A stretch of 64,000 bases of DNA, from contig CM059432.1 in NCBI GenBank assembly GCA_030390025.1, forward strand, positions 20,090,001-20,154,000. The letters are read 5' to 3'. Made by a program: the position numbers and the translations under genes. The notes below the pieces were generated by a model. The model had not been told where the DNA came from, did not search any database, and was given only the letters and a program-made list of their open reading frames with translations. The stretch's first letter is position 1, and every line of letters starts with the position of its first letter. The stretch is from Squalus acanthias. Taxonomy: Eukaryota. This document shows positions 58,987 through 64,000 of the stretch, one piece after another.

Positions 58987-60987
58987 AAGGAGGAAGCTTA
59001 TAAAGTTGCCAGAAAAAGCGGTCAGCCTGAGGATTGGGATCTTTTTAGAAATCAGCAAAGGGGGACCAAGAAATTGATAAAGAAAGGGAAAATGGAATAT
59101 GAGCACAAACTAGCGAAAAATATAAAAACGGATTGTAAAAGCTTCGAAAGGTATGTGAAAAGGAAAAGACTGGCGAAGGTAAATGTAGGTCCTTTACAGT
59201 CAGAGACGGGAGAATTTATAATGGGGAATGAGGAAATGGCAGTGAAATTAAATAAATACTTTGTTTCTGTCTTCACGGAGGAAGACACATAAAACCTCCC
59301 AGAAATACGAGAAAACCATGACGAGAATGAGGAACCTAAAGAAATTATTATTAGTAAAAAAACAGTACTAGCAAAATTAATGGGCCTAAAGATCGATAAA
59401 TCCCAAGGACCGGATGACCTACATCCTAGGGTTTTGAAAGAGGTGGCCATTGGAATAGTGGACGCATTGGTTGTCATCTTCCAAAATTCTATAGATTCTG
59501 GAACGGTTCCTGCAGATTAGAGGATAGCAAATGTAACCTCGCTATTTAAGAGAGGGAGAGAGAAAACGGGGAACTACAGACCTGTTAGCCTCACATCAGT
59601 AGTTGGGAAAATGCTGGAATCTATTATAAAGGATGCAGTAACTGGGCACTTAGAAACTAATAGTAAGATTGGGCAGAGTCAACATGGATTTATGAAAGGG
59701 AAATCTGTTTGACAAACCTATTGGAGTTCTTTGAGGATGTAACTAGTGGGGTAGACAAAGGGGAACCGGTAGATGTGGTGTGTCTGGATTTTCAGAAGGC
59801 CTTCGATAAGGTCCCACACAAGAGGTTGGTGAACAAAATTAGGGCACATGGAATTGGGGGTTATATACTAGCATGGATTGAGAATTGGTTAACAGACAGA
59901 AAACAAAGAGTAGGGATAAACGGGTCTTTTTCAGGATGGCAGGCTGTGACTAGTGGGGTACCGCAAAGATCGGTGCTTGGGCCCCAGCTATTCACAATCT
60001 ATATCAATGATTTGGATGAGGGGACTAAATGTAACATTTCCAAATTTGCTGATGATACAAAGCTAGGTGGCAGTGTCAGTTGCGAAGAGGATGTGAAGAG
60101 GCTTCAAGGGGATCTCGACAGGCTCTGAGTGGGCGAGAACAAGGCAGATGGAATATAATGTGGATTAATGTGGATAAATGTGAAGTTATCCACTTTGGTA
60201 GAAAAAACAGAAAGGCAGAGTATTTCCTAAATGGTGAAAGATTGGGGAATGCAGATGCTCAAAGGGACCTGGGTGTCCTTGTACATGAGTCACTGAAAGT
60301 GAATGTGCAGGTGCAGCAAGCCATTAGGAAGCCAAATGGTATGCTGGCCTTCATTACAAGAGGATTTGAGTACAGGAGTAAAGAAGTCTTACTCCAATTA
60401 TATAGGGCCTTGGTGAGACCACACCTGGAGTACTGTGCACAATTTTGGTCTCCTTACCTAAGGAAGGATATACTTGCCATAGAGGGAGTGCAATGAAGGT
60501 TCACGAGATTGATTCCTGGGATGGCGGGACTGTCGTATGAGAAGCGATTGAGTAAACTAGGCCTATATTCTCTTGAATTCAGAAGAATGAGTGGGGATCT
60601 CATTGAAGCATACAAAATGATTACAGGGCTTGATAGGATGGATGCTGGGAGAATGTTTCCCTTAGCTGGGGAGTCGAGAACCAGGGGCCACAGCCTCAGA
60701 TAAAGGGTAGGCCATTCAGGACTGAGATGAGAAGAAATTTCTTCACACAGAGGGTGGTGAATCTTTGGAATTATCTAACCCAGAGGGCTGTGGAGGCTCA
60801 GTCATTGGGTATATTCAAAACAGAAGTCGATAGATTTCTGACTAGTAAGGGCATCAAGGGATATGACGATAGGGCCGGTGAATGGAGTTGAGGCAAAAGA
60901 TCAGCCATGATCTCATTGAATGGCGGAGCAGGCTCGAAGGGCCGAATGGCCTACTCCTGCTCCTATTTCTTATGTTCTTATGATCTT
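58987..60987 (+). mobile_element. CR1 LINE, 5'-truncated ~2 kb, same subfamily as 24076-26093
   Basis: Near-identical peptides (IKKGKMEYEHKLAKNIKTDCKSF...); (ttcttatg)n tail. Confidence 0.95.
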
Positions 60988-61699
60988 ATCAGGGAATCAG
61001 GACAGACCAGGGATCAGTGTCTTTACCCAGTAAACACACAGAGAGACACTCATTTAAAAAAAAAAGGCATCTTCTGTCGAATTTGTGAGCCTTGTTTCGT
61101 GGAGTGCATTAGTGTTTGGTGAGGTTGTTGATCCAGTGAAGTTTTGCACTTGTGAGCTGAAAGTTGGGTAATTAGATATTGTAATATTTTATTGTTACAG
61201 AGTGTAACAATTTTTGATCCGTCCAATACAAGACACCTGTATTAAGTGGGAAGGTCCTGTTTACAATCAGCACCTGTCCCTTCTAATTTCTACCAGACCT
61301 ATGTAACTTGAATTTCCTGAGTGTTCATGTGACTTCATATATTAAGATCTGTTCGGCTTCCTGAAAAGGTTTTGACCGTTAAGTAAATTGTGTAGATTTT
61401 TATCACACCTTTTTAGACTTAACAAATTATTTTAATTACTGCTTTTTTAAATGACTGTAATCTTTTGGCACAATTTGGCCAATTATGCCACTCTTAATTT
61501 CCAGGTCTTCGGTACTTTGTCACGGACTGCTGACCCAACATATCACTACTCCTCTGCCTTCCTGCTCTCCTGTCATCATTCCAGCCACTTGAATCACCCT
61601 TGAATAAGACGACAGCTACCTCTGTGCCTTTGGCATTCTCTGAAGGGCCCATCAAGGCACCCGTTGCTACCTCCTTACAAGCAGCAACTTAAACTGCCC

Positions 61700-63200
61700 C
61701 ATCCTCCTTTCTCACTGACCTTCCGAACCCAGCATGTCTGCTAGGAGCTTCCCTCACCAACCACCTTACCATCCCATTCACCCCACTCACCACTACCCCA
61801 GCAGGTCAATCACCGCCCCTCTCCACATTTCCCTCCAGAAAATCTGTTCATTCATGAACAAGGACCTTGCCATCCACAGCCTTATTTTGGATGATTGCAT
61901 TAACACCCTGGCTTTGACTGAAACTTGGCTCACAGGTAGGAACACCTTAGGAAGGAGATATTGGCCTCGGAGAGAGTGTAGCGTAGGTTTACCAGAATGA
62001 CACCCGGATTCCAAGGGTTAAATTACAAGGAGAGATTACATAAATTAGGGTTGTATTCCCTAGAATTTCGAAGGTAAAGGGGTGATTTGATTGAAGTTGT
62101 AAAGATATCAAGGGGAACAGATAGGGTAGATAGAGAGATACTATTTCCGCTGGTTGGGCATTCTCGGACTAGGGGGCGTAGTCTAAAAATTAGAGCCAGA
62201 CCTTTCAGGAGTGAAATTAGGAAACACTACACATAAAGGGTGGTAGTAGTTTGGATCTCTCTTCCGCAAACAGCAATTGATGCTAGATCAATTGTTAATT
62301 TCAAATCTGAGATTGATAGATTTTTGTTAACCAAAGGTATTAAGGGATATGGGACAAAGGCAGGTATATGGAGTTAGGTCGCAGATCAGCCATGATCTCA
62401 CTGAATAGCGGAACAGGCTAGAGGGGCTAGATGGCCTCCGCCTGTTCCTATGTACCTTACTCCTTAGCAAAGCCTCACTGCCTGGCTATACTTATCCACC
62501 CCATCCAAACTATTGTGATGGTGGTATGGCCCTTATCACCAAATTATTCCTTGGGTACCTTCTTCTCCTTCAAGCACGTCACCTTGCTCGACCCCTTTCA
62601 CCTCTATTTTAATATCATCTGTCTACCATGCCCCCAAGCCCACTCCAAGTTTCGCCCCGAGATATCTTTTCTACTTTACTCCCTCAGCCCCTACATTGAG
62701 CGACTCCTCATCCTTGGGGATTTCAATCTACATCTCATCTCCCCTTGCCCTCTCTCCTCTAAGTTCACTGCCCTCCTGTGCTCCGTTAACCACTCCCTCC
62801 TGATGACTCTCCTACCCATGTTTGTGGCCAACCCCTCAACCTTGCCATCCCTTGTGACTTCTCTACTCCCACACTTTAGAACACTGGAAAAGCCATCTCT
62901 GACCAATTCCTAGTATCCCACATCCCCCGACCGCTTTCCTATACCACTTCCTTTGCCGTCTGTTCCTGGATAAAAAAAACTCTCCTCCAAGTCATTTACA
63001 ACTGCATTTTCAAATTCCCAACTGCCTAGGCTATGGCCTTCCATCCACTACAATACTCATTCAGCTGTAAATTTGCTCAACTACACTCCTACCTCCATTC
63101 TTCATAACCTTATCAGCAGAAAAACTTTTCTCTCTCCCATTCTGGTTGATAATTCTGGTATGGCCCCAGCTTCGGTTCCTCAAGTCCAAGGCGTAAGGAA
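61700..63200 (+). mobile_element. Old L2 endonuclease-region fragment split by CR1
   Basis: SLQKICSFMNKDLAIHSLILDDCINTLALTETWLTG, later ERLLILGDFNLHL. Confidence 0.7.
61950..62453 (+). mobile_element. CR1 3' fragment nested in L2
   Basis: Similar to 32380-32842; acctta at 61944-61949 and 62454-62459. Confidence 0.85.
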
Positions 63201-64000
63201 AGGATTAATCAGACTGTCCCCAGGTCTGCAAATGTTATACTGCTATTGATTTCTCTTTATATTATAGTAACATTTAGCTTTTGCCTGTTAAACGAAGTAC
63301 AAGTCAATTGAGATGTAGTGACTACTGAACTGTTGAATTAAGACTGACCTTAAAGCAATGGTCAGTTTAGACAATAAACTTAATTAAAAGACATTCCAAA
63401 GAGCTTTAATTAGTTGCTAACAAGTTCCGCAGAAGGGAACATCTGCGACTACATCATCCCTTTCAGAAGCAGGAGATTGGGATGGAATGGTACAGATTTA
63501 TAATTAGAAGTTTCACTTGGTAGAACAGCAAGAAGAGTGAAACTATCAATAAGATAACAAAGTTGGAGAGTTGTACCAGTCTGTGGAAAAATAACTCGTT
63601 AAAGCTGTACTTATTGATAAGGGTCAAGGGAAGAAGCTCATTAAAATTCACCTTATATGGAGTTGTATTAAGTAATGCAGAAACATGTGGGTTGTCACGT
63701 AGGAGGGGTGAGAAAAGGTATTAAAAAAATGGGTGTTGGAACAGAGACTTCACGCGCTTGAGTCCTCCGGCTGAAACTCGCAAGGTTTTGTTATACATAC
63801 TGCTGTTAAGTGTATGTTTAATTATTGCATACTTATTAATTCTGTGACATTTGACATTACATCAATGTTGCGAACCCGATTGATCTGAGGAATAAATTAT
63901 AAGTAAGAAGAGAGTCATTTACCCCTCCTCTAACAAAGGGATGCAGGCTTGAACGTATCTGGAGCAGAACTGGCTTAGCCATCCATCATCAGATCTAGCT

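Larger units (their letters stand above)
58468..61035 (+). repeat. 49-bp minisatellite (~7 units) interrupted by two insertions
   Basis: Unit agggatcagtgccttaacccagtaaaccatcagggaatcaggacagacc starting at 58484, 58533, 58582, 58631, 58906, 58955 and 61009. Confidence 0.9.

Overview
Repeat-dense eukaryotic genomic DNA. The element repertoire points to a cartilaginous fish, most likely a shark (inference). I could not support any host protein-coding exon, so the window looks intergenic or deep intronic. It is a mosaic of transposable elements: many CR1 LINE copies (one with an uninterrupted ~920-codon endonuclease+RT frame at 47784-50547), a second CR1-like LINE family with a partner tRNA-SINE sharing its 3' tail, L2 fragments, DeuSINE-like and LF-SINE-like SINEs, a Vingi/Ingi-type LINE remnant, PIF/Harbinger non-autonomous elements (one with a decayed Myb/SANT gene), a hAT MITE, two near-identical pogo/Tigger-like MITEs and a long-arm foldback element. 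The most interesting signal is two families of short Penelope-derived inserts carrying minimal type-I hammerhead ribozyme motifs (CTGAnGA-A-stem II-GAAA-palindrome). One family forms ~160-175 bp hairpins flanked by target-site duplications (TSDs). There are also several nested insertions and a local inverted duplication of a SINE core. All family calls are by eye from motifs, with no database search, and boundaries of old elements are approximate.
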